The translations under genes and the position numbers were made by a program. This document shows positions 6,877-16,422 of a stretch of DNA of 64,000 bases, piece by piece. The notes beneath the pieces were generated by a model. It saw only the letters and a program-made list of their open reading frames with translations. It did not search any database and was not told the DNA's origin. Numbering within the stretch: the first letter of the stretch is position 1; each line of letters starts with the position of its first letter. This DNA is from Nitrospinaceae bacterium (GTDB lineage: Bacteria; Nitrospinota; Nitrospinia; Nitrospinales; VA-1). The stretch spans positions 36,390 to 100,389 of the forward strand of contig JAJDAY010000025.1 of the NCBI GenBank assembly GCA_029261655.1, read 5' to 3'.

Positions 6877-7003
6877 GATGAACCTCTCTGGTAAAAAAGT
6901 TATTTTCACAGCCAGGCATTGGTGATCTTTCTCGAACCGGCCTGTGTGAACCCTCTCGAATTAAATGTCTTGAGGTGAATATTGCAGTACGGTTGTTAAG
7001 TTT

Positions 7004-7032
7004 TTATCAATCCAATGTCACAATAGTGTCAA
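7004..7032 (-). promoter_or_regulatory. possible sigma70-type promoter for the 6876-to-3386 gene string
   Basis: In minus sense, TTGACA (7032-7027) followed 17-18 nt later by GATAAA. By-eye match only. Confidence 0.25.
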
Positions 7033-7559
7033 CTTGGGCACTTAAAATTGTTTTCAACACAAGTTATAGAAGCGATGCATCCTCTTAGACCGAACCCTGT
7101 CGGATAACACCCACCAGCCTGTATTGAGCTCCATGATGGACGATGGGTGTTAAGGTTTGGTTAAAGGGATGTCACTGTTTGAAAAAACCTGGGGGGCCAC
7201 TGCAAAAGGGTTGTAAAATCGGCCCTTTGCAAGAACAAAGCGGATGTTTCCTTAGCTTGGAAGGGATTTTTTCAGGGCGGGCAGGAAATCAACCCACGGG
7301 AGGATATGCAAGGATGTGGAAGGGCGATTATGAGGATCGTAACAAGGCTGAAAAAGAATGATCAGGCGAAAGCCCGCCTCTATAAAGCGAAGATCTCATC
7401 TGCCCTCGTAGCCTATGAGACCGGGAGCGGTCGACGAGGGGGGGCGGCCTGCTGTCTCAGATTCAATTTTTCTTCGTAAACCTCAAGTTTTTTCGCTCAT
7501 TAACCGTTACGAAAATCAGGAGGCTCCGATTCAAATTTTTATATAAGAGGTAAGAGATC

Positions 7560-7709
7560 ATGGAAAAAGTGAAAGTCATTTACCCAATCCCGGCAACTTT
7601 GAGTGGCGAAAACGATTCCTACGGTTCCCGCCAGTTCATCATGAAGACAATCGCCGCGTCTCTTTGCGGAGCCGTCGTTCCCGCGATCATTTTTTATTTT
7701 ATGATGTGA
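7560..7709 (+). CDS. small hypothetical protein (49 aa) with a C-terminal hydrophobic helix
   Basis: ATG preceded by AAGAGGTAAGAGATC. Reads MEKVKVIYPIPATLSGENDSYGSRQFIMKTIAASLCGAVVPAIIFYFMM. Below the ORF-track cutoff. Confidence 0.3.
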   Translation: MEKVKVIYPIPATLSGENDSYGSRQFIMKTIAASLCGAVVPAIIFYFMM

Positions 7710-7868
7710 TTCATCGCCTGCTTGGCCGCTGCTTTCCGTGAATTTCTTAACGATTCCAGGATAAACTTGTAGGGCCGTGCGTGCCATCCGCCTTATACCT
7801 GCCTTGATAGATCACTCCGTCTTTATTAAATCACTCGTTCTGCGTTAAAACACTCGTACCTCGTTGGA

Positions 7869-8540
7869 TCACTCGTTTTTTCGGGGAGTCTTTTTTTGTT
7901 CCTCGCACTCGAAAGTCGTGTCCGAAGTCCATTTTATGTTGAGATGATCGGGAAGCTTCGTGGTGTTATCCACCACGGCAGACTCGAGATCTTTACACGA
8001 TAATTTTCTTATATTGCGTAAATCCGCTCCCTGGAGCAAGACACCCTTCAAACAAGCTCCCTCCAGATTAGAACCCTTGAGATTGGCTCTCTGGAGATCG
8101 GAGCCTTCGAGATTGGCTTCCTCTAAATGCGCCTGGGGGATCTGAGCATCTTGCAGGTTAACGCCCTTTAAGTTTGCCCGCCTGAGGTTTGCCTTCATCA
8201 GAAAACTTTCGCGTAAATTTGCCTGACTGAAATTCGCCCCCTTCAGAAACGCACCTTCGAACTTAGCCCTTCGTAGAAAAGCCTCTGTCAGATTTGCCCC
8301 GCTCAAGTTGGCTTTATAAAAATTTGCGCCGCTCAGGTTGGCTTTATTAAGGTTCGCTTTATTCAAATTCGCATTTGAAAAATCAGCCTCGCTCAAAAAA
8401 GCCTCGCTGAGATTGGCTTCCCGAAGATCGCCATAACTGAAATTGGCTTTACCAAGATCCAGAGTGGAGAGATCTGCGCCCTTGAGGTTGTCTTTTTCAG
8501 CGATGATTTTCTTGCGGTCAAAATGTAAATTTTCTGGCAT
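7869..8540 (-). CDS. pentapeptide-repeat protein
   Basis: Long run of A(D/N)LxX pentads, e.g. ANLNKANLNKANLSGANFYKANLSGANLTEAFLRRAKFEGAFLKGANF. Confidence 0.9.
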   Translation of the reverse strand: MPENLHFDRKKIIAEKDNLKGADLSTLDLGKANFSYGDLREANLSEAFLSEADFSNANLNKANLNKANLSGANFYKANLSGANLTEAFLRRAKFEGAFLKGANFSQANLRESFLMKANLRRANLKGVNLQDAQIPQAHLEEANLEGSDLQRANLKGSNLEGACLKGVLLQGADLRNIRKLSCKDLESAVVDNTTKLPDHLNIKWTSDTTFECEEQKKTPRKNE

Positions 8541-8691
8541 GGTATTATCCCTGGTTGTTACAGAACTTCAGATAAAATCATTGACCTAAATTGTATCAAA
8601 GGTTAAATTCGAAACCGCGTTGCCATTTTTGATTGAAGTTTTTTCAGGTATCCTATCATACCTGTTCACGACCCCACCAAGGATTGTAAAT

Positions 8692-9261
8692 ATGAGCACA
8701 CACCATGATGCCGTGTTATACGAAATTCGACAAACCGTCCAGGAAACCGTCAACCGATCCAACCGTATCGCCGGACCCATAAACTGCGATGTAGCGAGCC
8801 TGCAATACGGATTGGGATTTATCGTTTGCCGGGGTTTTCTGGAAAAGGAAATGAATAAAAAATGCACCCTCCCAGCCCCGGGGAAATTTCCCAAACGCAT
8901 GAAAAATATTTCCGGCAAACCCTTCGTCCGGGCCATAGACTACTGGCAGTACAAATTCGACCCCAAAATCACCTGGTACGGCTGGGAGGAGTTGACCCTT
9001 TTTTTCCGGCTGACAGATTGCTTCAGCGAAAGCGGAGGAACCTTGAATGGCAAGGGAGTGCGGATCAAAGCGTTTCTAAAACAGTTGGAGGCAGGCGAAA
9101 TTAAAAACCGCAAAAAGAAACCGGTCGATCCTTATTTTGATATCAATGACCAGGGCAAACTGAAATTACAGGATGAAGCGCTGGAACGGTTCACATCCCT
9201 GTCCGGGGAACTGGTTCATCTGGCGGAAAAATTTCTGCGCAAGAAAAAAAGGTCCTCGTAA
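8692..9261 (+). CDS. hypothetical protein
   Basis: ATG at 8692 (MSTHHDAVLYEIRQ...). The track version starts at an upstream TTG. Basic C-terminus, no family recognised. Confidence 0.55.
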   Translation: MSTHHDAVLYEIRQTVQETVNRSNRIAGPINCDVASLQYGLGFIVCRGFLEKEMNKKCTLPAPGKFPKRMKNISGKPFVRAIDYWQYKFDPKITWYGWEELTLFFRLTDCFSESGGTLNGKGVRIKAFLKQLEAGEIKNRKKKPVDPYFDINDQGKLKLQDEALERFTSLSGELVHLAEKFLRKKKRSS

Positions 9262-9273
9262 AACAATATTTAT

Positions 9274-11946
9274 TCAATGCGCTTCGTTCCAGTTGTTGCC
9301 CCATCCCATATCGACAATGATGGGAACGGAAAATTTATAGACCCCTTCCATTTCCTTTTTCACCAGAGCCTGCATTTCTTCTTTTTCAGCGGGCGGGCAT
9401 TCAAAAACCAATTCATCATGGACCTGCAGGATCATCTTCGATCGCAGTTTGCGCTTTTTCAATTGCCCGGACAAATTGATCATCGCCACTTTAATAAGAT
9501 CGGCGGCGCTTCCCTGAATGGGCGAGTTGATCGCGATCCTCTCCGCCGCCTGCTTCACCTGTTTGTTTTTGCTGTGAATGTCCGGCAGGGTGCGTTTGCG
9601 GTTCATGATCGTGATCGTGTATCCCTTCTCACGGGCCTGGGCGATGGTGTTGTCCATATAAGTCTTGATGCGCGGATACAAATCAAAATACTGATCGATG
9701 AATGTCTTGGCTTCTTTCATGGAAATTTTTAATTGCCTGGACAGGCCAAACGAACTCAATCCGTAAATGATGCCAAAGTTCACCGCCTTGGCCATCCGGC
9801 GGGCTTCCTGATCGACATTATCGAGAGCCGTTCCAAAAATTTCCGCCGCCGTCCGGCTATGAATATCCTCTCCCTTCTTAAACGCTTTTATCAGGGTTTC
9901 ATCTTCTGAAAGATGCGCCAGAATTCGGAGTTCGATCTGCGAGTAATCGGCGGACAACAACTTGTCTTCCCCTTCGGCGACAAACGCCTTTCTTATCTCT
10001 TTGCCCATGTCCGTGCGGATAGGGATGTTTTGCAAATTGGGATCACTGCTGCTCAAACGCCCGGTCGCCGCCACCGTTTGATTGAACGAGGTGTGCACCC
10101 GACCGGTTTTTTTGTCAATCTCCAAAGGCAGCGTGTCGACATAAGTCGATTTTAATTTCCCCAATTGGCGAAAGACCAGTATATTCGCAGGCAAGTCATG
10201 CTGGTCGGCCAGTTCTTCTAAAACCGAAACGTCGGTGGAATATCCGGTTTTGGTTTTTTTGACAACCGGAAGTTTGAGCTTCTCAAATAAAATCACCGCA
10301 AGCTGCTTGGGTGAATTGATATTAAACTCTTCCTCGGCGAGCTGATAGATTTTCTGCTCGTAGGTGCGTAGTTTCTTTTCTATCTGCTTTGACAAATCCG
10401 CCAGGTGTTGTTTATCCAGAAACACACCGTTCAATTCCATTTCCGCCAGCACTTCGAGAAGGGGCATTTCCATTTCGTTGAACAATTGAAGCAGTTCATC
10501 GGTCAACTTTGGTTTGAGATTTTTGTAAAGCCGCCAGGTAATATCAGAATCCTCCGCCGCATACTCCGTGGCCCGTTCAACGTCCACCTCGTCGAAGCCG
10601 ATTTGTTTGGCCCCGGTTCCCGTCACATCCTTATAGGTGATGGTTTGATGCCCGAGCAATTCCAGAGCCAGCGCATCCATGCCATGCCCCCGGCGCGAAG
10701 GGTCCAGCACATAAGAGGCGAGCATGGTGTCAAATGAAATTCCCTTGAGATGAATGCCTTCGTTTAGGAGGACGATCAGGTCGTATTTGATATTATGCCC
10801 GATTTTGCCTATTTTTGGATTCTCCAGAATAGGCTTTAATTTCTGGAAAACCATTTTAGGGTCCAACTGTTCCGGCACACCCAGATACCTATGAGTGAGC
10901 GGGATGTAATACGCCTCATTTTCCTCAAATGCAAAAGAAATCCCCACCGATTCCGCATCCACCGGGTGCAGGCTGGTGGTTTCCATGTCGAGAACAAACT
11001 CTTCCTGAAAACCAAGGTCAGCCAGCAACGCATCAAACGCTTTTTCTGTCAAAATGGTTTGATATTTATGCGGCGCTCGAACAGGCGTTTTTTCTTCCTT
11101 GGGGATCAGGGAAGAAAACTCCAACTCCGTAAAAATTTTGGTGAGCGCTGTCATATCCACCGCCTGAACTTTCAGATCATCGATGGAACAATTGACCGCC
11201 ACGTCCGTGTCGATGGTGACCAGCTTCCGGCTCAGTTCAGCATTTTCCCGGTCCGTCTCCAGCTTTTCTTTGAGCTTTTTTTTGTCGATCTCATTAATAT
11301 GCTGGTAAATATTTTCAATCGAGCCGAATTTCTGAATCAATTCCGCCGCCGTTTTTGGCCCCACCCCTTTCACGCCGGGAATGTTGTCGCTCGAATCGCC
11401 CATCAACCCCATCACATCAATGACCTTATCCGGTCCCACGCCGAATTTTTCGATCACTTCCTTTTTGCCGAAACGTTTATTTTTCATCGTGTCCAGCATC
11501 TGGATGTCAGGCTCGATCAACTGCATCATGTCCTTGTCGCCTGAGACAATGACGACCTTCAAACCCGCTTTTTTCCCCTGCCGGGCCAGAGTCCCGATGA
11601 TGTCGTCGGCCTCGACACCTGGAATGCGGATCGAGTGAATATTGTGAGCGGCAACCAGACGTTCAAAATAGGGGAACTGTTTTTGCAAATCTTCTGGCGG
11701 GGTGTCCCGGTTGGCTTTATAATCAGCGTACATTTCATGGCGAAATGTCTTTTCCTTGCTGTCAAAAGTCACGGTCAGGTAGTCAGGACACTCATCCCGC
11801 ACCACTCTTTGCAACATGGTGACAAACCCGTAAAGGGCATTGGTGGGAAGACCTTTTGACGTGGAAAGATTTTGCCTGACTCCAAAATAAGCCCGGAAAA
11901 TATAAGAAGACCCGTCTATCAAATAGAGGGTTTGTTTGTCGCTCAT
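9274..11946 (-). CDS. polA: DNA polymerase I
   Basis: Contains the 5'-nuclease, 3'-5' exonuclease and Pol A palm motifs (RRMAKAVNFGIIYG, QVHDELVFE). Start moved to MSDKQTLYLIDGSSYIFRAYF. Confidence 0.97.
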   Translation of the reverse strand: MSDKQTLYLIDGSSYIFRAYFGVRQNLSTSKGLPTNALYGFVTMLQRVVRDECPDYLTVTFDSKEKTFRHEMYADYKANRDTPPEDLQKQFPYFERLVAAHNIHSIRIPGVEADDIIGTLARQGKKAGLKVVIVSGDKDMMQLIEPDIQMLDTMKNKRFGKKEVIEKFGVGPDKVIDVMGLMGDSSDNIPGVKGVGPKTAAELIQKFGSIENIYQHINEIDKKKLKEKLETDRENAELSRKLVTIDTDVAVNCSIDDLKVQAVDMTALTKIFTELEFSSLIPKEEKTPVRAPHKYQTILTEKAFDALLADLGFQEEFVLDMETTSLHPVDAESVGISFAFEENEAYYIPLTHRYLGVPEQLDPKMVFQKLKPILENPKIGKIGHNIKYDLIVLLNEGIHLKGISFDTMLASYVLDPSRRGHGMDALALELLGHQTITYKDVTGTGAKQIGFDEVDVERATEYAAEDSDITWRLYKNLKPKLTDELLQLFNEMEMPLLEVLAEMELNGVFLDKQHLADLSKQIEKKLRTYEQKIYQLAEEEFNINSPKQLAVILFEKLKLPVVKKTKTGYSTDVSVLEELADQHDLPANILVFRQLGKLKSTYVDTLPLEIDKKTGRVHTSFNQTVAATGRLSSSDPNLQNIPIRTDMGKEIRKAFVAEGEDKLLSADYSQIELRILAHLSEDETLIKAFKKGEDIHSRTAAEIFGTALDNVDQEARRMAKAVNFGIIYGLSSFGLSRQLKISMKEAKTFIDQYFDLYPRIKTYMDNTIAQAREKGYTITIMNRKRTLPDIHSKNKQVKQAAERIAINSPIQGSAADLIKVAMINLSGQLKKRKLRSKMILQVHDELVFECPPAEKEEMQALVKKEMEGVYKFSVPIIVDMGWGNNWNEAH

Positions 11947-12114
11947 GGGTCCATGGGGAAATAATTTTTCTGGGGAAGGGGAAAACGCCCCCGTGAATGA
12001 AAAACGATTATAGGGGCGGCCGATTGCCGAGTCCAACGAATTATGCTATGATGCCTCTCGTTTTAACCACTAAACTTATTGTAAACAAAGGACTATAGTG
12101 CGACTCCGCGTGTC

Positions 12115-13122
12115 ATGGGCGAGATGAAAACCTCCCCCAAAAGTTCCAGTGAAAAAACCGCATCGCTGATTTTAAGAGCCCAACGGGTGCTGAAAATCGA
12201 GAGCGATTCCGTGGCCGGTCTCATCGCCAGAATAGACGACCGCTTCGCCCAGGTGGTCCAGGCGCTCGATCAATGCCAGGGTCATGTGGTGGTCACCGGC
12301 ATGGGAAAATCCGGATTGATCGGCCAGAAAATTGCCGCCACCTTCTCCAGCATCGGCGTTCCTTCGGTTTTTCTGCATGCGGCAGAAGCCAGCCACGGGG
12401 ACGTGGGTATCCTGTCCAGAGGCGATATCGTCATCGCTATTTCCAACAGCGGCGAGACCGAGGAAATCATAAAACTGCTTCCCACTCTCAACCGCATCAA
12501 ATGCTCTTTGGTGGCGATGACCGGAAACCCGGTCTCAACGCTTGCGAAACGGAGCGACCACCTTCTCGACATCAGCGTCGAGGAAGAAGCCTGCTCGATA
12601 GGGCTGGTCCCGACGGCCAGCACCACCGCGGCTTTAGCGATGGGCGACGCTCTGGCAATGGCAATTTTGGATCTGCGCGGATTCCGCGAGGAAGATTTTG
12701 CCTTGAACCACCCGGGAGGCAGTCTGGGACGCAAACTTTTAATGACCGTGGGCGACCTGATGCACACAGGAGACGAAATACCCAAAGTGTTGGAAGACGC
12801 CAATATCTACGACGTGATCAAAGAAATGAGTCAGAAACGCCTGGGGACGACGCTCGTCGTGGCCCAAAATAGCGATCTTAGGGGAATCATCACCGATGGC
12901 GATCTCAGGCGGCTCATTGAAAATAAAAAGGACATTTCAGGCACCGTGGCCGGCGATTTGATGGGAAAGAACCCAAGGTGCATTCCAAGGGATCGCCTGG
13001 CCCAAAAAGCGGTGCAGATCATGGAAGAGAATGCCATCACGTCCCTGGTGGTTTCTGAAGACGGCAAACACATAGAAGGCATCCTTCATCTGCAGGATTT
13101 ACTGAAAGCCGGGATCAATTGA
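12115..13122 (+). CDS. kdsD: arabinose-5-phosphate isomerase (KpsF/KdsD; SIS plus tandem CBS domains)
   Basis: VVTGMGKSGLIGQKIAATFSSIGVPSVFLH, ISNSGETEE, and a C-terminal CBS pair. Confidence 0.88.
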   Translation: MGEMKTSPKSSSEKTASLILRAQRVLKIESDSVAGLIARIDDRFAQVVQALDQCQGHVVVTGMGKSGLIGQKIAATFSSIGVPSVFLHAAEASHGDVGILSRGDIVIAISNSGETEEIIKLLPTLNRIKCSLVAMTGNPVSTLAKRSDHLLDISVEEEACSIGLVPTASTTAALAMGDALAMAILDLRGFREEDFALNHPGGSLGRKLLMTVGDLMHTGDEIPKVLEDANIYDVIKEMSQKRLGTTLVVAQNSDLRGIITDGDLRRLIENKKDISGTVAGDLMGKNPRCIPRDRLAQKAVQIMEENAITSLVVSEDGKHIEGILHLQDLLKAGIN

Positions 13123-13225
13123 ACCCGCCTGAAGGCTGGACCAAAAATTAACAAACGAAGAGAATATGGCTAACGACACCCTCTTCATGCAAGATATTTC
13201 ATCCTTTATAGATTGATGGTTTAAA

Positions 13226-15862
13226 ATGACCGGCAACGAACTCAGACAAAAATTTCTGCACTATTTTGAAGGCCAGGGGCACACCGTCGTTCCCAGCAGT
13301 TCGCTGGTTCCGAAAAACGACCCCACTTTGCTGTTCACCAACGCCGGCATGGTTCCCTTCAAAAACGTTTTTCTGGGAGAAGAGGACAGAGGCTATACCC
13401 GCGCAGGATCTGTACAAAAATGTGTCCGGGCGGGCGGCAAACACAACGACCTTGAAATGGTCGGGCACACCGCGAGGCATCACACGTTTTTTGAGATGCT
13501 CGGCAATTTTTCCTTCGGCGATTATTTCAAAAAAGAAGCCATTCATTACGGCTGGGATTTTTTAACTCAGACGATCGGGCTACCCAAAGACCGTCTTTAT
13601 GTGTCCGTATACCACGACGATGACGAAGCCTTCGACCATTGGCGAAAAGACATTGGCCTCGACGCAAACCGGATCTCCCGTCTGGGCGATGAAGATAATT
13701 TCTGGGCGATGGGCAACACCGGCCCCTGCGGACCCTGCTCGGAAATTTTCATCGACCAGGGTGAAGCCATCGGTTGCGGCAAACCCACCTGCGAGGTGGG
13801 TTGCGATTGCGACCGTTACCTTGAAATCTGGAACCTGGTCTTCATGCAGTTTCACCGCGATGAGTCCGGGAAGATGACGCCCCTGCCGAGTCCCTGCATC
13901 GACACCGGCATGGGCCTCGAACGCCTGTCAGCGGTGGTTCAGGGACAACATTCCAATTTCCACTGCGACCTGTTGATGGGGTTGATTGATAAAGTCAGCC
14001 AGGTGACGGGGAAAAAGTATGGCCAACAAAAAGACAACGACGGTTCCATTCGCGTCATCACCGATCATGCCCGCGCCGTGGCTTTTCTGGTGGGCGATGG
14101 GGTTTTGCCTTCGAACGAAGGCCGGGGCTATGTGCTCAGGCGAATCCTGAGAAGGGCGCTCAGGCACGGAAAACTTCTCGAACAAAACAAGCCGTTTTTT
14201 TTCCGCATCACCGATGAAGTGATCGCGCAATACAAAGAGGTGTATCCCGAACTGGAAATCAATGCCGGATTCATCCAGAAAGTGGTGCAGAACGAAGAGG
14301 AAAATTTCAGCAACACTTTGAACATGGGTTTCCAAAGAGTGGAGGAACTTCTCACCGATCTTAAAAATAAAAAATCAACCACTCTCCCTGGTGAAGAAAT
14401 TTTCAAACTTTATGACACCTATGGGTTTCCTGTCGATCTGGCCCAGGAGATGGCCCGTGATTCCGGAGTCGAGTTGGACATGGCGGGGTTCGACCGGGCC
14501 ATGCAAAACCAGAAGGAAAAAGCCCAGGCCTCCTGGAAAGGTTCCGGAGAAAAAACGGTGGCGCCCTTCTTCAAGGATTTGATCAAAACTTCCCCGCCGA
14601 CGGTTTTTCAAGGGTACGGCAACACGCAGGGAGAAGGAACCGTGCTCGCCATCTTAAAAGAGAATGTTCCCGTTAAGAACGCATCCCAGGGCGACGAGGT
14701 GGAGGTCCTTCTGGACCAGACTCCGTTTTATGGGGAGTCCGGCGGACAAACCGGAGACCGTGGACTTGCGTATAATCAGACCGTCCACCTGGAGATTTTA
14801 AACGCGACCAAACCCCTGTCGGAATTGATCGTCCATAAAGCACGCGTGTCGAGCGGAACTTTAAAAGTGTCCGACAAGCTCAAGCTTGAAGTCGAGGGAG
14901 AAACTCGCGCCAGCACGGCACTCAATCACACCGCCACCCATCTGCTACATTCCGCGTTGCATGAGATTCTTGGCGACCACGTCAAACAGGCGGGATCGCT
15001 GGTTGCTCCCAACCGGCTGAGGTTCGACTACACCCACTTTTCTCCCCTGAGCGAACGGGAAAAAATCAGAATCCAGAATCTTGTCAACGAAAAGATTCGC
15101 GCAAACATTCCTGTCACCACTCAGGAAATGAAAATAGAAGACGCCATGAAAGAAGGCGCGATGGCCCTGTTCGGAGAAAAATACGGGGGCGAGGTTCGTG
15201 TGGTTTCGGTCCCCGGTTTCAGCAAGGAATTGTGCGGAGGCACGCATATCAACGCCACGGGAGACATCGGCCTGTTTCAAATCATTTCCGAAGGCGGGAT
15301 CGCCGCAGGCGTCAGGCGCATTGAGGCGGTCACAGGAAAAGCGGCTCTGGATAAAATCCAGCAGGAAAACGAAACTTTAGCCGGGATTCGAGCCTTACTC
15401 AAAGTGCAACCGGAGGAAGAAATCACCCGGCTGAAAAAAATACTCGAGAAAACCCGCGAAGCTGAAAATGAAATCGCCGACCTCAAGGAAAAACTGGTCA
15501 GCGGCAAGGGTGCCGGACTTCTGGACGATGTTAAAAAAATTGGCGACGTGTCCGTTCTGATAAAGCGCGTGGAGGGAATGGACCCTAAAACCCTGCGCTC
15601 TTTCATAGACAATGCCAAGAACCAGATTCAATCGGGAGTGGTGGTGGTGGGCACAGCCACGGGCGGAAAAGTGATGTTGGCGGCGGGAGTCACAAAAGAC
15701 CTCACCGACCGGTTTCAGGCCGGAGCCATTATCAAGGAAATCGCCGGCATCGTGGGCGGATCAGGCGGAGGGCGGCCCGACATGGCCCAGGCGGGAGGCA
15801 CGAAAGTCGATAAAATAGACGAGGCGCTTGCAAAAGTGGAGTCCCTCCTCAATGAGAAATAG
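13226..15862 (+). CDS. alaS: alanine--tRNA ligase
   Basis: FTNAGMVPFK, RAGGKHNDLE, the editing-domain HTATHLLH motif, and the C-terminal DHHA1 GGGRPDMAQAGG. Confidence 0.98.
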   Translation: MTGNELRQKFLHYFEGQGHTVVPSSSLVPKNDPTLLFTNAGMVPFKNVFLGEEDRGYTRAGSVQKCVRAGGKHNDLEMVGHTARHHTFFEMLGNFSFGDYFKKEAIHYGWDFLTQTIGLPKDRLYVSVYHDDDEAFDHWRKDIGLDANRISRLGDEDNFWAMGNTGPCGPCSEIFIDQGEAIGCGKPTCEVGCDCDRYLEIWNLVFMQFHRDESGKMTPLPSPCIDTGMGLERLSAVVQGQHSNFHCDLLMGLIDKVSQVTGKKYGQQKDNDGSIRVITDHARAVAFLVGDGVLPSNEGRGYVLRRILRRALRHGKLLEQNKPFFFRITDEVIAQYKEVYPELEINAGFIQKVVQNEEENFSNTLNMGFQRVEELLTDLKNKKSTTLPGEEIFKLYDTYGFPVDLAQEMARDSGVELDMAGFDRAMQNQKEKAQASWKGSGEKTVAPFFKDLIKTSPPTVFQGYGNTQGEGTVLAILKENVPVKNASQGDEVEVLLDQTPFYGESGGQTGDRGLAYNQTVHLEILNATKPLSELIVHKARVSSGTLKVSDKLKLEVEGETRASTALNHTATHLLHSALHEILGDHVKQAGSLVAPNRLRFDYTHFSPLSEREKIRIQNLVNEKIRANIPVTTQEMKIEDAMKEGAMALFGEKYGGEVRVVSVPGFSKELCGGTHINATGDIGLFQIISEGGIAAGVRRIEAVTGKAALDKIQQENETLAGIRALLKVQPEEEITRLKKILEKTREAENEIADLKEKLVSGKGAGLLDDVKKIGDVSVLIKRVEGMDPKTLRSFIDNAKNQIQSGVVVVGTATGGKVMLAAGVTKDLTDRFQAGAIIKEIAGIVGGSGGGRPDMAQAGGTKVDKIDEALAKVESLLNEK

Positions 15863-16033
15863 GCCGTCTGTTTTGTCGGTTCACCGAAATTTGAAGCCCG
15901 TCTTTTCTAAAGGAAAAAACGATTTGTCATTGCAGAATGAAGGCCGGTCCTATATTCTTGACGAACTCCTGAAAAAATATTCTCCTGAAAATATTTAACC
16001 TTCGGTGATCGATGGGCCGGGAAGGATAGAGAA

Positions 16034-16381
16034 ATGGACCAAGAAAAAAAAACAGACATGGATAAAAAATGGACAGCGATTGCCGCCCGCGCGGTGACGG
16101 ACGAAGATTTTAAAGCGAAACTCGTGGCCACCCCGATCGACCTGATGCTGGCGGGTGGATTGACTTTACCGGAAGGTGTGGACATAAAAGTGGGCGCGGG
16201 GCAAGTTCAATCCTTACCAATTCCTTCAAATGCGTCGGCTGAAACCAAAGAAGAAGTCAAATGGTGGATGTGGCGGCTCGACAGTATCCGCGAATTTGGA
16301 CGCGAAAAACCAGAGAAAACCGTGGGGCATATGTCCATGAGCGCCCAGGAAGCCGATGACGATGAGTCCGGACTGGGTTGA
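16034..16381 (+). CDS. NHLP-like (nitrile-hydratase-related leader peptide family) domain protein, orphan
   Basis: KKWTAIAARAVTDEDFKAKLVATPIDLMLAGGLTLPEGVDIKVGAG..LPIP follows the NHLP / nitrile hydratase alpha N-terminal pattern. AAGGA RBS. Confidence 0.6.
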   Translation: MDQEKKTDMDKKWTAIAARAVTDEDFKAKLVATPIDLMLAGGLTLPEGVDIKVGAGQVQSLPIPSNASAETKEEVKWWMWRLDSIREFGREKPEKTVGHMSMSAQEADDDESGLG

Positions 16382-16422
16382 AATAAAACGATTGCTTCCG
16401 AAAAACAATCCATCAAAAATAC

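Noticed and set aside
7143-7787. ORFs at 7143-7361 (+) and 7539-7787 (-)
   Set aside because: No RBS, and the sequences (Gly/Lys/Cys-rich or His/Asp-rich) have no recognisable features. The second is antisense to a better-supported small ORF that has a strong RBS.
8586-8936. 116-aa minus-strand ORF overlapping the start of 8692-9261
   Set aside because: It has no RBS and overlaps a longer plus-strand ORF that has more protein-like composition. It was rejected in favour of the plus-strand gene, which itself has only moderate confidence.
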